From Zygnema circumcarinatum SAG 698-1b (taxonomy: Eukaryota > Plantae > Zygnematophyceae), in the NCBI GenBank assembly GCA_037447605.1, contig CM074808.1, positions 1,674,001 to 1,738,000 of the forward strand: a stretch of DNA of 64,000 bases, read 5' to 3'. A program made the translations under genes and the position numbers. This document shows positions 1 through 12,800 of the stretch, piece after piece; position 1 is the stretch's first letter, and each line of letters opens with the position of its first letter. The notes beneath the pieces were generated by a model. It was not told the DNA's origin, made no database searches, and saw only the letters and a program-made list of their open reading frames with translations.

Positions 1-276
1 TTGAGTCGATTCACACATGAACCACAACCACTACTTCTTCTTCTGTAAGTAGCCATGGCAAGACTCCGTCTGACGTAGACATTCAAAAACTGGTACACCA
101 AAACATGGTCACCAATGCAGCAATAAGTTCGCTCTCTTATCCTAAAAACGACCAGTCAAGATTCAAATCGGAAGCCTCTCTGCAACTTGAGCTGGCACAG
201 TGGCTACAAGACTCGAAGATTGGAGCCCTAATTCTGGCAAATGAAAACACAGCCACCATAGACAATATTTCCCCAC

Positions 277-3200
277 CTATCCACAGTGTCCCCGTGGCCA
301 AGTTGGCCGCTTGTTCCCCTGCCCCATGAAAAAACATTTTGGGCTTCGCTAACCGCCACCGTGTGCCGCCATCCACAGGCCACTTGTATAATCCGCTGCG
401 GCTCCAAAAGCACAGGAAATAACCATTCAGCTGTGCTGTGAAACAAGCAGTTATAGATTGTTGAGTTTACGGATAGAGTTTGCAGAGTTCGAGGTACAAA
501 AACCTCATTGTCCAAGAGCAGTTGAAATGGGGGAGCACTAAATGAAAGCCCTTCCAACCGAAAAACAGTTTATTGAGAAAGAGGACACACCTCAGTCAGA
601 GTCTTGAGTTGCTGAGGACTGTTTTGATCTTCATTGTTACCGACACCAACTTGCCCAAACTGCACAGATCCCACAGCTTCAAATCCGCTCAAGCCACCAT
701 TCAAGCTGACGTCTACAGGTCATATGAAGTAAAATGCCCAATTGGAGCAGTCTTTCACAAAGACAGAGGGCATTAGCAAATGGACTGATCAGTCATAATA
801 AAGACCGGATGCAGACCTTGTTCCAACCCCATGCATGAAGTCGGCCTTCTGTATCGAGAGCCACTGAGTGTCTCCATCCACCAGCTATCTGCACAACCGC
901 CGTACAAAACTAACACTAAGTTACATCAGCCAACCAAACAGAAAGCTCCAACATGTCTGCCAGAATATGCCAAAGACATAGAGAATCTCGACAACGAAGA
1001 TAGCTTAATGAGATATAGCACGAATGGCTGGAAACTCAAAAGTCCCCTAGAAAAGTACTCCCAATTTGTAAGATCGTGTACCTGTGCAATAGTCTGATCC
1101 TTGAGAGCCATGACTGGGTGTGGCACAAGATGGTCCTCAAAATCGCCGTGCCCAAGTTGACCGTACTTGCTCCATCCATATGTGAACAGTGTTCCTGAAG
1201 CTGCCACGCAAAGTGTATGCCTCCAGCCACATGCCACCATGAGCATGTTCTCGCCCTGCAGAACCACAACGGGGATGGGCAACTGAAAGCCCGAAAATCG
1301 AATGCCCACTTCCGAAAGGACTGCAGAATCTGCAGCATCTACGAGCAGCACACACGTGCTCACCAGGACTGCAGACTCTCAACATCAATGAAAGGATTCT
1401 AAACTTCAGCATTCGACCGCCTGTAGATCAGCCAAGGCATCTTGTTTCGAACAAAGTAGATCGTCGTGAATGGGAAAACAAGATGCCTTCAGAGTCCAGT
1501 CCTCTGAAGCTCACCGCAACGGATGTCACTTCTTCAGGAACGAGTCTGTCCTTTCGATCGCCAAGGCCAAGATTTCCATATCGACCCCATCCCCAGCCAT
1601 AAAGCTTTCCAGAATCCGTGACAGCTGCAGTGTGCTCTGCACCGGCCGCGAGCATTTTTACCTTAATACCCTGGAAGCCGATCACCATGACAAACATGCC
1701 CATAGTCATGCATCCTGGTGTAGATAGAGACTCGAGTGGGCTGAACCAGACTGCAATGAAATCCTCAACAATCCCTGAAGCCTCCTCTATACAAAACCGG
1801 CAAATCACTTGGGAAAAAGTAGAGGACATTATCACCAGCAACTACTGCACAGCTTGAACTGAAATGCCCAGAAAAGCTAGTCAGGGTATAGAAGAATGGA
1901 GATCCAAATAAAACCTCTGCGCAGCCCACGAAGACTATAAAAAAAAAAAAAAAAAACTCTTTTGCAGATCTTCAGATTAAAAGAGCTGGAAATCAGCTGC
2001 TTCCAACACGCCACACTATTGTGCCTGACTCACCTCAAACGCCGTTACTTTTTGTGGAATCAATGCGTCCTCATTATTCCCAAGGCCCAACTGGCCATTC
2101 TGATTGCGGCCCCAACTGCAAGACAGTTCGGATCTAAATTAACACCGTTGGCAGTCTGACAAATCCACATATTTGCTCGAGAATATGGACTATTATCCCC
2201 GGTGCTGAAAGGCATTGTCCTGAACGCTCACCTATGAACCTCGCCGTCCCCTGTGATGGCGAGGCAATGACAGTCCCCGCAAGCAATCTGCTTGATTACC
2301 AAACCGTTCAGAGCTTTGATTGGCTGAGGAATGAACAAGTCACTCGAGTTGCCATGGCCAAGTCGACCAAAATCTCCCCTGCAAGAAGTTTTCGTGATCA
2401 TAAATTTTCGTGAACCAGATAACCAGCGAATGAGGAAAGCGAAAAGCTAATGCATAAAATGTTGTAAGCAGGAAGAACAAATAACTTGCACAATGTAATT
2501 TTCCTGCCTTCGAAATCCAAAGGTCTGCTATAATATCTTCACTGTACGAAAACTTTGATCACAACGAGCATCTGCCTACTTGCGCTGTGCATGATGTAAA
2601 ACACAGCCTCTAAGGCGACAGGAGGAAAGCACCCTCTGCCAAGTTCAACTCATATCGTCTGTTGCGTCTGTCTTTCTTAAAAACGGGTGAATAAGCAATA
2701 TAATGCGCAAAAAGAAATTAGCTTCAACCTGTTCCAATACGCATACAACGATAAAGAGCCCTCTGCCTTGCAGGTTCAAAGTACTAATGTAGCCAAAAGC
2801 AAACGAAGGTCTACATTTCTCTCAGTATTCCCTATGCGGATGTCTAAGGCCATCAAGTTGCTGGAACTATGCTCAAGCAACTATAATCAGAAATGATATT
2901 TTTAATTACAAGAGGCATTAAGCTAAAATAATATAAAGCAGCATCCCAACTTCGCAACAGCCCCATAACATGTCCGCTCTCCCATTGTTGATTCAGATGT
3001 TTAAAAATAAAACTAAGCGCAAGTTCATACCATCCCCAGCTCCACACAACATTCTTATCACGTGCGTAAGCAGTTGTATGATCTGCTCCACAAGTTATAG
3101 ACGTGATGTCACAATTCTCCAAGGAGTTTATAATGGTTGGCAGATGTCGTTCATTAGCATCCCCATGGCCCAATTGACCATCTTCTCCGCGACCCCATGA

Positions 3201-3529
3201 ACAGACTATGTTATCAGCTGCAAAAACGAGGGCAGCACAGAAAGGTCAGACTACTGAATATAGAGTCAGAATGATTGTGTAATCTGCATCTGCGTTTAAG
3301 ACAGAGGACAGCATTTGTCAAGGTAGTCAAGAGTGATTAAGGGCTTCAAATCTTTGTCTAATATGGGCCTGAAAGGATCAGTTGAAAAGGAAGAAAAGAA
3401 GGTCGACAAGTTCCAAAATATGTGAAACTAGTGCATACTCAGAAGAGCCACCGTGTGGCTTGCTCCCGCAGACACGAGGAGGACGTGTCGTGGAGGCTCT
3501 TTCGACATGCTTCCTTCCTGGTCCGGCAT
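277..3529 (-). CDS. UVR8: UV-B photoreceptor UVR8 (RCC1-like beta-propeller); 9 exons visible, C-terminal exon(s) lie left of the window
   Basis: GT-AG exons 3529-3439, 3217-3031, 2378-2232, 2115-2034, 1670-1515, 1255-1082, 888-817, 659-591 and 395-277 join in frame. The product reads SAGASHTVALL..SWGRGEDGQLGHG..WGWGDFGRLGHGNSSDLF..GWGWGRYGNLGLGDR..CGWRHT..GGWRHS..CGWRHT, so all three UVR8 Trp-triad motifs are present. No C27/VP segment was found in 1-276. Confidence 0.96.
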
Positions 3530-3929
3530 GGCTTCACTATTGTCAACAACTCTGTCAGGACCTGCAACAAAACGACGCCGAACTTCCTGACCGCGTTGAA
3601 GTTCCAAGTATCTCTGCAACGCCCGCTCCTTCGCTTGGAACCATCACAGGTGCAAGAAATTCCACATACGCGAGCAACCGTTCTCCGCGCCCTACTGTCG
3701 CGACCCTGCCCTCTTCCCCCTCGGAACCCCCTCACAGCACAAGGCTGTCTGCAGGCCTCGAGTCGTGCGCATGGCGAGAGCCTCGTCTTGCCTCGCCTCG
3801 CCTCACGCCCGTCCTGCCAGGCGTCTCCCCTCCCGTCCCCTCCCCTCCCCTCCCCTCACCTCCCCTCCCCTCCCTTTCCTTCCCTGCAGGAGAACTGGCA
3901 GGCAGGCCGCACCCAGCTCCGGAGAACCC

Positions 3930-4440
3930 TTAAAAACCTAAAACCCCTAAAATCCGAGAGAGCGAGCATGCACGCCTGCCCGCCCGCCCGCCAAGCAGGC
4001 CCGCGGACCTGCTCTGCCCCGCGGCCCTCTCCCTCCCTCCCTCTCTCACTGCCCGCGAGGCGGCATGCAGCCAGGCGCCCTGCGCACCTCTCTTTCCGGG
4101 GCGAGGCGCGAGAGCGCGGGCTGCCTCGCTTGCTTGCCCGCCTGCTCGCGCAGAGGGCGGGGGGGCGGGCGGCGGCCAATGGGCGCGCGGCGTGCGGGCT
4201 TCGGCCAATGCGCGCTGCGCGACGTGGCCCGCCCCTCGCTCTCCACCTCACGCCAAAAAGCGCCCCCTGCCACCGCCAGATTTTTCCAAGAGCGGGCGGC
4301 CGGACTCCGGGGGGCAGACCGGCCGTACGTACGTACGGTACGGTACGGCACGGTATGCAGCAAAGTACGGTAAGCTTGCACTCGTCGATCCATTTTGCTG
4401 TGAACGCGCCGTTCCGTTGCTGGCCACGGTACGGCTTGGA
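3930..4440. promoter_or_regulatory. GC-rich bidirectional promoter region between UVR8 and the GT8 gene
   Basis: The two genes are head-to-head. The region has two GGCCAAT boxes (~4174, ~4203), an ACGT-core GACGTGGC (~4221), degenerate telo-box-like AAAACCCCTAAA (~3940) and a GTAC cluster (4325-4435). Confidence 0.5.
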
Positions 4441-4512
4441 TAAGACAGGGATCCGTAGGGATTAGGGAGGCCTGATGATGGGGCTTGCGCTTTCCCATTC
4501 GGTAGGCTACAT

Positions 4513-4751
<239 letters not shown>

Positions 4752-4989
4752 GCATGCAGGCATGAGCGAGTGTAGGAGGCCACTCTCCTCCAGGCGCTGC
4801 TCCGTCCTCGCTGAGGGAGGCGGAGAGGGGCGGGGCGGGAGGAGGGAGATGAGAGGAGGCGAGATGAGATGAGATGAGATGAGATGACAGAGGAGGAGAC
4901 GGAGGGGACGAGGCGCGGGGGAAGCCGTAGAGCGGAACAGCTGCACTGAGCGGGGGAGTGGAAGGGGGGGGTGGGCAGTTGGCGGCATC

Positions 4990-7798
4990 ATGAAGCTGCC
5001 GCCTGGCAACCAGCTAAGATGGCTCCTGGCGACGTGCCTCTTCGTGCACTTCGTCCGCATCTTCTTCATTCCCTTCCTAATGCGCCTCGCTGGCAACGAG
5101 GAGTATGCGGAGACAGACAAAGTTCTGCGTGCTGTAGGATACCGCCTCACGGGTCCCTGCACGCTTCCCCGCCCCGTGCGAAACTGTACAGTAGATGAGC
5201 GGATTCACATAATCCTGGTCTCAGCGCAGTGGGACCGCGAGCCCTTCACACAGGATGAGACAGAAGTTGTTATCAAGTCGATTTTGTCGTCCACTCGCTG
5301 CAAACTTTTCTTCCACTTTATGGTTACAGGAGAGATGGAGGAGTGGGGCCTGGCAGCCATGATGGAGGCTTTAGGTGCGACACCGTTTGACTCTGTCGGG
5401 CCTGTTGCTCCGAAACTCGTCCGACATGATAACCATGTCCGCGCAGAGGAGCTCAGTTTTGATGCGAATGAAGAGGACGAGGTGGAACCGGATCCTGATG
5501 TCGGATACACGATCCATCCCATTCCTGTTAACTGGGTCAGGGAGCAGGTGAAGTTCTATGAGTTGGCATATGCAGCATGGGGCATTCACCCTGTTCAAGC
5601 CATGATCTGGACGCATTATAGGCCATCCAGCTGTTCGCGCGAAGTAGACATTGTATTAAAAAGTAGTATGCACTTGCTTTTTCAACAGAATGTCATAATG
5701 GTGGGATGATTTCGGATGAATGTTTGTGTGTTGTTCATCGTCGCACGTTCGGTAGGGTCAGGAGTTTCTTTTTGAAGCCAAGGTGGTGATGGTATAAATT
5801 CGTAGAAAGGAGTTGCACATTAAGTCAACACAAACGCTGAGTTATTAGCTTTTATTTCTGGCGCCGGCACTCAGAGCATGTACTCCATCGATTATTTCAG
5901 TTATTTTTAAGCTGCTCATTGCTCTGGCGTTACTAAGTTAGGGTTTTGGCCCATGTGTCTTCCTGCTGATCAGTGAATCTTCGTCTGGCTTGCAGGCAGC
6001 AGGTCTCGGTATTAACATTACACATCATTCTGGCGAGGCCGGTTTTTCGAAGCTTTTCCTGTCTCAAATTCTGTGGAACGTGCAGCGGGCAATTTACCTG
6101 GATGTGGATTTGTTGTTCGCGGATGATATTGGTTTGCTGTGGAACTTCTTTAAGGAAATGGATGAAGACGAAGAGCTCCTGCTCTTCATGGGAGATAATC
6201 ACCCGACAGCCTTTGGCCCCAGGGCGCGGTATCCATTTTGCAGCTGCCAGCTCGTCATGGACTTTGAACGAATACGACAGTCGAATTTGACCAGGGTAAG
6301 CGATTCTCAAATTCACACCCCCTCCTTCCCCCCTCCCCCTCTCCCCCTCCAAAACCACTCTGGCCTTTCCAGAAGCGTCAAGTTTCAAGGGTTGAGAAGC
6401 TGTTCTTACAATCATTATAGAGTGGGTAGAAACGCTGGTGCGTTGCATTGCATCACCAATCGATTGAGCTCAGGAGTGCACCCAGAATGCAGCAGATGGG
6501 CCCTGTGGAATGGAAGAGGCCGCAGGAGGTCCATCCCACGCTCAGCGGGTGATTTAGTTTGAGTCGACCATCGCAGCTTTATCACTTCATCCTTGGCACC
6601 TACAGACTTGCTAATGGGACCTGATTAGGAATAGTGCATTCGAAGTACGTGCTAGTCATACGTACTAGTCGTACGTCCTATGGTTGTCCGCCGGTTAATA
6701 TCATATGATATTGCAACCATTTTGATTTCTGTGGTTTTGACAAGGAGTATGGCCCGCTAATACAGTGCTTTGCTGGTTGTTTTGAAGCTGCTCGTTATCA
6801 ATTTCGTAAAGTGTCCTGAAAATGAAAACGACTATTGTTTGCGCACTCTGCTAACACCTTTCTTTATCAAAGTTGTTCACGACATCATATTTTAGCTGTC
6901 TCTGGTGGTTTTTTTTTCCTGGTTTTTTTTCTTGTTATCCCCCGAGACTGACCAAAACAACTTTTTCCAAGGGTGCATCCTGTTTTTTGTCCTCAATCTG
7001 CATGTAGGTGCCAAAGTTTCCACATGACATGGTCTATCTTCTATGTGCTATTTGCGTCACAGGAAAGCACGATATGGTTGCACTTTCCTTCAGCAAATTG
7101 CTACCGTCATTTTTGGGTAACTCAAAGGGCAGAAAATGCTTTTGGTGGGCGTGGAGGGTGACTTGATCTGCAGCTCATGCTGGAAGCTTTCGGTGATCAG
7201 AAGGCGATGGATGTATGGGGTTTTCGACCAGGGGACCAGTGGGTGTGGACGATGATGTGCATGAATAACCCGGAGAAATGCCGCACACTTCCTAAAATCT
7301 GGAATGTCTCCGGATGCGCGAAACCACGATTTCTTGGCCTGAATGCACGAGATAGAGATCAGGTAGGTGGAGAAACAGAAAAGCTATTCACCGTAATTCT
7401 GGGAAACTGTGTCGAGTGCGTGAGCGGTACAAAACTTGGAATTGTATAATAGAAGTTATGTATTGTTTATGACGGGATCGAATCTGAAGTGGGATTTGAA
7501 GCTGAAGAATTTGAAGCTGTTGTTGTTGATCATCCATGTTACAAATGAGCTTAAGGAGGACTGTCGATTGAGTGGTTGTTTGATGTTTATGTCTCGAGTT
7601 CGAAGAATTGGAAACGATGAAAGTGTGCTGGGCTTGAGAGTTTACTTTGTCGTTTTACAGAATGGCACTTGTTGGAAGGTGGTCCACTTCAACTGCATGG
7701 GTGTTCGAGACAATGAGTACTATGCGCTTGTCAACTCAGACTGGGAGGACACGCTGCAATATGTCAAGGAGCAGCCCTGGAGTAGTTTGCGGAGGTGA
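4990..7798 (+). CDS. Glycosyltransferase family 8, LARGE/GXYLT-like xylosyltransferase domain, type II membrane protein
   Basis: Exons 4990-5547, 5996-6295, 7174-7362 and 7661-7798 join in frame. N-terminal hydrophobic anchor, then IHIILVSA..KSIL..FHF, HHSG..SKLFL, DxD motif YLDVDLLFADDI..LW, GDQ, LPKIWNV and KVVHFN. The motif order matches the LARGE xylosyltransferase domain. Confidence 0.8.
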
Positions 7799-8732
7799 GC
7801 ATGGTAAGCTGTTGAGCCTCTCATGGAGCACCCTGCCTCTCGCTTACATTCACAAGATAAGGCATTCACAGCACTTTCTGTAAGTGTTTGGGAAAGAGGA
7901 TGAAGGGGCTATTGTTGTAGCGGGTGTTTGGGAACTCCGGGGGAAAAGTGGAGGGGAGAGGGAGCTTCGTAGCAATGATCTGAGATGAGAATACAGAAAA
8001 GATGCTAATGACAAGAGGTACATACAGTGAAGAAGAAAAGACAATCAATCTTTCAAGCAGATTGCAAAGTATGCCTGCAAGCACTTGCTGCTTATTTGGA
8101 GTATGGGGTCCATGCCATGTGATGGTTGCACCATGCAGGAGGTCCATGGAGAGCAGCAGCAGCAACAGCATGGAGAGCTTGCAGAAGCCTACAGATGGGT
8201 GCGGCTGCTGACCACGTGACAGCAGCGGGACATCGCGGAACTCTTCACACTTGCCATTCTATCTTTGTAATTTATGTGCTTTTTCTCACATTTGTTGGTG
8301 AAGGGGCGATGGATTTCCAAGCGAAGGCATTCATTCTTAAGTAATTGAAGTTCACAGTGCTATCGACATTCGTCACAAGCAACGGTTGCTAGTTAGAAAA
8401 TGTACTTTTTCGGGGGATAGAATTTGGCAGGGAAGGCACTGTGACGGCTGTCCCGCTGGCAGGAGAGTGAGAGCCCTCCCTCCTGTTTGGAAGGGGCTTC
8501 AGCCTTAATCTCGGCTGTCCCACGGTTGGTTATCAGGTGAGCGAGCCAAGGCTCCCCTATGTTACCTTATAGGCACCCTCTGTAAAGGTCCGCAATGTCC
8601 ACTTCTTGCAATATATAGTCTGTAGCCCCACACGATGGCAATAAGGCATCAAAGGGCTGTGGGAAAATGTCATTTTTTCTGCAATTCTATGATTGAATGT
8701 GGGCCGAGATAAATTGATGTACCTGCTGGCCA

Positions 8733-8776
8733 CTGTTCCCCTGTTCCCCTGTTCCCCTGTTCCCCTGTTCCCCTGT
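8733..8776. repeat. (CTGTTCCC)x5.5 tandem repeat
   Basis: Direct observation. Confidence 0.9.
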
Positions 8777-8839
8777 CAATGCTTGTTTCTCGCGGTACTA
8801 AGAGAAAAATTCGTGAGGGCATAACGAGAAATGCTGAAA

Positions 8840-9385
8840 CACTACCTTAAACAGTGCAAGTACAGACGGCGAACCATTGGATCGGCCAGCCATTGTTTGC
8901 CAATAGCTGGCTGCCAACGTGATTGGCTGGTGAATGATTCGCAATCATTGGAATGGTTGGCAGCCGCTTGCAACCAGTGCTTGCAACATCGGCAATGGTT
9001 GGCTTGGTCTATTGCCAATGATTGAAACAATTGCCAATGGTTGGTAAAAAAAAGGAAACCCAATGCTTCCAACCCTTTGGTAACGATTGAAAACATCGCT
9101 ACGATTCTGAGCGAAGCCTCCTGAACACAATGGTAAGCAGCTAATGGTTTGAAGCATTATATGAAATGTGCGAACTTAAAGAACAATAATTGTTTTTGGG
9201 GAGCTTCAAACTTTTATGTCACGACCCTTCAACAGAGATGACGCACCTAATCATAACACAGCTTGAAAATAATACAAATACCATAGCCAAAGGTTTTAAA
9301 TTGAGTCTTACGTGACCAAGTTCTCAACCAATGGTTTGAACCACTCCAATGGTCGGTCCAATGGTCAGACCTTTGCACAAGTGCA
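8840..9385. repeat. Intergenic block rich in CCATTG/CAATGG motifs in both orientations; possible decayed non-autonomous DNA transposon
   Basis: Repeated ACCATTGG/CCAATGGT at both ends in opposite orientation, with loosely inverted GTGCAA...TTGCAC ends. Confidence 0.35.
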
Positions 9386-9821
9386 CATTCTCGAGTGGGA
9401 TCTTAAGTGTAGTTCCTCGGGATTTTTTTCCTACTTTTACCTTAGGGTTCAAGGAAGAACTTGCACTAAGATAGTCCAAGAAAATTTGCATACGTCGCTC
9501 GCGTCTTTTGCTGAGCAAAAACAAACAAGAAGTAGCGTAGCTCAACATTAAATGGCGCATTTTGGCAGCATTCCATCGTTTCAGACAAGGAGTTGGCAGC
9601 TGCCGAAGCACAACAAACCATCCAGACATTGACACCAAGAACTTTATTTCCGTACTTGGCACAGACTTTGACCTTCCGACGTCCCCATCATGGCCCGACG
9701 AAAGAAGGGAAATAAGCAGCAGAGGAACTTGTGACCTCCGCAACTGAAGCTTCTATACACACTGAGAGGTAGCCAGCCCTGACCGCCTTGCTTGGACCAA
9801 GTTGAGGCGGCCGGGCTGTCC

Positions 9822-12800
9822 TCAGAACCAGGGCATCCACCAGATGTACATTCGCCCCAGGTTGTCGTGGGAGACTGCCTCCGCTATCAAGCGGTGCGCC
9901 TGTCCCTCCACGGACAGAGGCAAGGAGGGAGCGGCGCCCACACCCACCACCACACCTTGAAGCCGCGCACCAATGTTCATTAGAGCTCGCTGCAGGACCA
10001 TCCCAGGAGCCACCAGCAGCAGCACATTAGGAGGTGCTATGGGAATTAGCCTGTTCTGGCCAGCCATTCAAGCTGTGCAGCTAGTGGGTACATTACGCAG
10101 CAAGCAATGCTATCAAAGGAATGACGATGGACAAATTACCAGTTTCAATGCCTAAATATCCAGAAAAAAGTTATGAGAAAGGAGGCTAGAAACTACCCGA
10201 ACTCTGGTACGAGAACACACAGCTTTGTAGCCTGCAGATGTACATAAATGAGGATCTCCCGACGAACATAAGTGCAGACATTTTATCCATAGTGGTTTTG
10301 AATGCCATGATGAGATGAGAGGAAGGCAAAGACTTCAGCAACCCTACTGACGGTATACGAGAATAACTTTCGGCCGCTGATAAGTTGAAGCATGGTTCTG
10401 TGAGCACAGCATTGAGCAGCACCTGAGCATGTGGATTCTGCACTTCAACACCGCTGGACTTATGGCTTTTCGTCCATTCCACCAGGGGGTCATGAATGAA
10501 CGTCTCCAACACACTCATCAGCATTTCCCGGTTGCTGCGCAACACAGAGAGCGTCATCTCGCAGACTCGGCTGAACACTCCTTCACAACCAGTGATGCCT
10601 AGGCCGTCTACCAGGTTCTGCAGAACACAGCATTTTCCATGTCAGACTCCTGAAGGGAAAAAAAAAAATCGCATATTTGCGAAGTACATCAGCTCATGTC
10701 AAGCTTACTTCTCAGCTCAGAACGAAAAAATCCAAACGACGTAGACTCTCAAAAGAATCTCAAATACTTTAAAGACGTTGGATTTACATTCTATTTAGAC
10801 AAGAGCAGTCTCTAATGCAGCTTCAACTCTCACATGACTAGCAGATCCATTTCCAGCATCACATTTTTACTCCTCAGATCTGGAGGACTTCAGGAAAAAG
10901 GGTCTTCCTGCCGTGCCTTGGCAAGCCACCTTGCAGAGTTCAGCTCACCTGTGTGAGACGAAAAGGCACAACTTCCGGCTTCTCCAAAGCCAAACCTCTA
11001 TCAAAGAGGCAACTAAAGTCAACATGAACACAGTCCCCAGTAGACGAATCAAAAAGGATGTTTTCCCCATGGCGGTCACCCAGACCGACTATGTGGCCCA
11101 CCATCGACCATACGGCGGTCGTGTGGGCATATGAAAGGCGAGCTCGGAACCATGCAGCAGGTTCGGGGAAGGTTCCCAACAACCATTTGTGGAATATGGG
11201 AGGGAACATTGGGAGCAGCTTTGTCCGCAACATCTCCCCTTCGTTCATGCCTTGCTGTAAGCTCTGATCATGAATTTTCTTCACGGACGTATTGGTTTGT
11301 CGATCATATCGACCAATTCCGCGATAGAGCTCCTGTAGGCAGACCCCAAAGCCCTGAATAAGTTACTCACTCATCGGCAAAGTCAGGCAAACAAAAGATT
11401 GATGGACTTGCTCTGTTTCCTTTCCAGGGACAGGGCAACGCACATTCTGCTGCATCGACCACTCGGAAAAAAACCATCAAAACGTGTGTCCACGCAGCCG
11501 GTCCATTTGACCAGCCATCCCTAGTGCTGGTAGATGACCCTTTGCCAACTTAATAATGATTCTGTGACAATGTTCGAGGCAAGAGGACCACCCACCTGCA
11601 GAATGTGGCGCAGACCCCTTGTGTTGAGGACCCACTCAATCATTCCACAATCCTCAGTGAGGGGAATAACAGCAAAAGTGCGAATGTTCAGCTGACGGCG
11701 GCGGCAGGCTGCATCTTTTGAGAGCAGACGGTTGATGACTCCTGTGAACTCCATCATGCGAGCATCCTTTCGAAGGTCATCCTTAGGCTTACAGAGGAAT
11801 GGATGTGATCTTCCATCGCTTCCCAGTAGGACGACCTGCAATCAACGGATAAAGCTTCGTAATTGAGCATCTTCCGCTGAGCAGTCAGTGTGTACAAGGG
11901 AGAGTGTGGTGAAGAGGTAAACAAGCCGTGAGAGTGAGAGAGTTCCCTTAAGGGTAGATTACTGTAGTTCGGCAGAGCCTGAGAAAGAGTCATTGCCTTG
12001 CACCTTTTTAGGTCGCTGGAGAGAGGCAAGCACTTCCACTTCGTCTTGGATGCCAATGATTGTTGCGCATTCACTGGGTGGAAATGGATCGTAGCTTGAC
12101 ATAACAACTCCATCGCGCGGCAAAGTAACTGTGATAGCCTTCTGCACTGGTATGACGACAGGGACTGGCATCATCCGCTTCAGCTGCCCAAAGTCGGCCC
12201 CAATGCTCATGCTGCGAATCTTTTGCTGACCACCCTGATGGAAGCAAAGCTTGATCATCTGTTCGATGAATAAAGGGAACTGCACCAAAGTGAAGACGCC
12301 AGACCATGAGCCTCTTTGGAAAAACTGGCTTATCATCTATGGCAAACACTAGGACAAAGCCACCACTTATTAGTATTAATATAAATTAAATATTAAATAT
12401 TATTATTAATTAAATATTATCAATATTATTATTATGTTATTTGCTGCGTCCAATTAGTAGTACCAAACACCTACCTGCACAAACACCTCTCTATCCACAT
12501 CTGTTTTTGACGCATTCTTTGCCTTGTTGATGATGTCGTTAGCAACAGCCTGTCGGGCCTGCACAGCAGACTTTGAAACTGCAGCCATGGTCCAAAGCGT
12601 TTGCTGGGGATGCGCCACCAGGACGTTGGCGATGATAACCTTCAGCAGCTGCACTGCCCATGGACTCTGATGGCAGATGCGGGAGACTAGCTGCGGCAGA
12701 GCAGTCACCCACTGATAGGTGGGCAGGTTCTTTGATGAGGCGCTCATTATTTCAACCACCTGTTCCATGCAGCACGATTGGCAAGGTAAGGCGTTATCAT

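Noticed and set aside
137-276. Read-through of the UVR8 exon 9 ORF as the C-terminus
   Set aside because: A GT donor at 276 matches the expected intron position, and the read-through lacks the C27/VP motif.
12368-12442. Almost pure AT stretch in an ATR intron, and TCCAGA repeats at ~22750-22838
   Set aside because: Low-complexity intronic sequence with no TIR/TSD or other structure.
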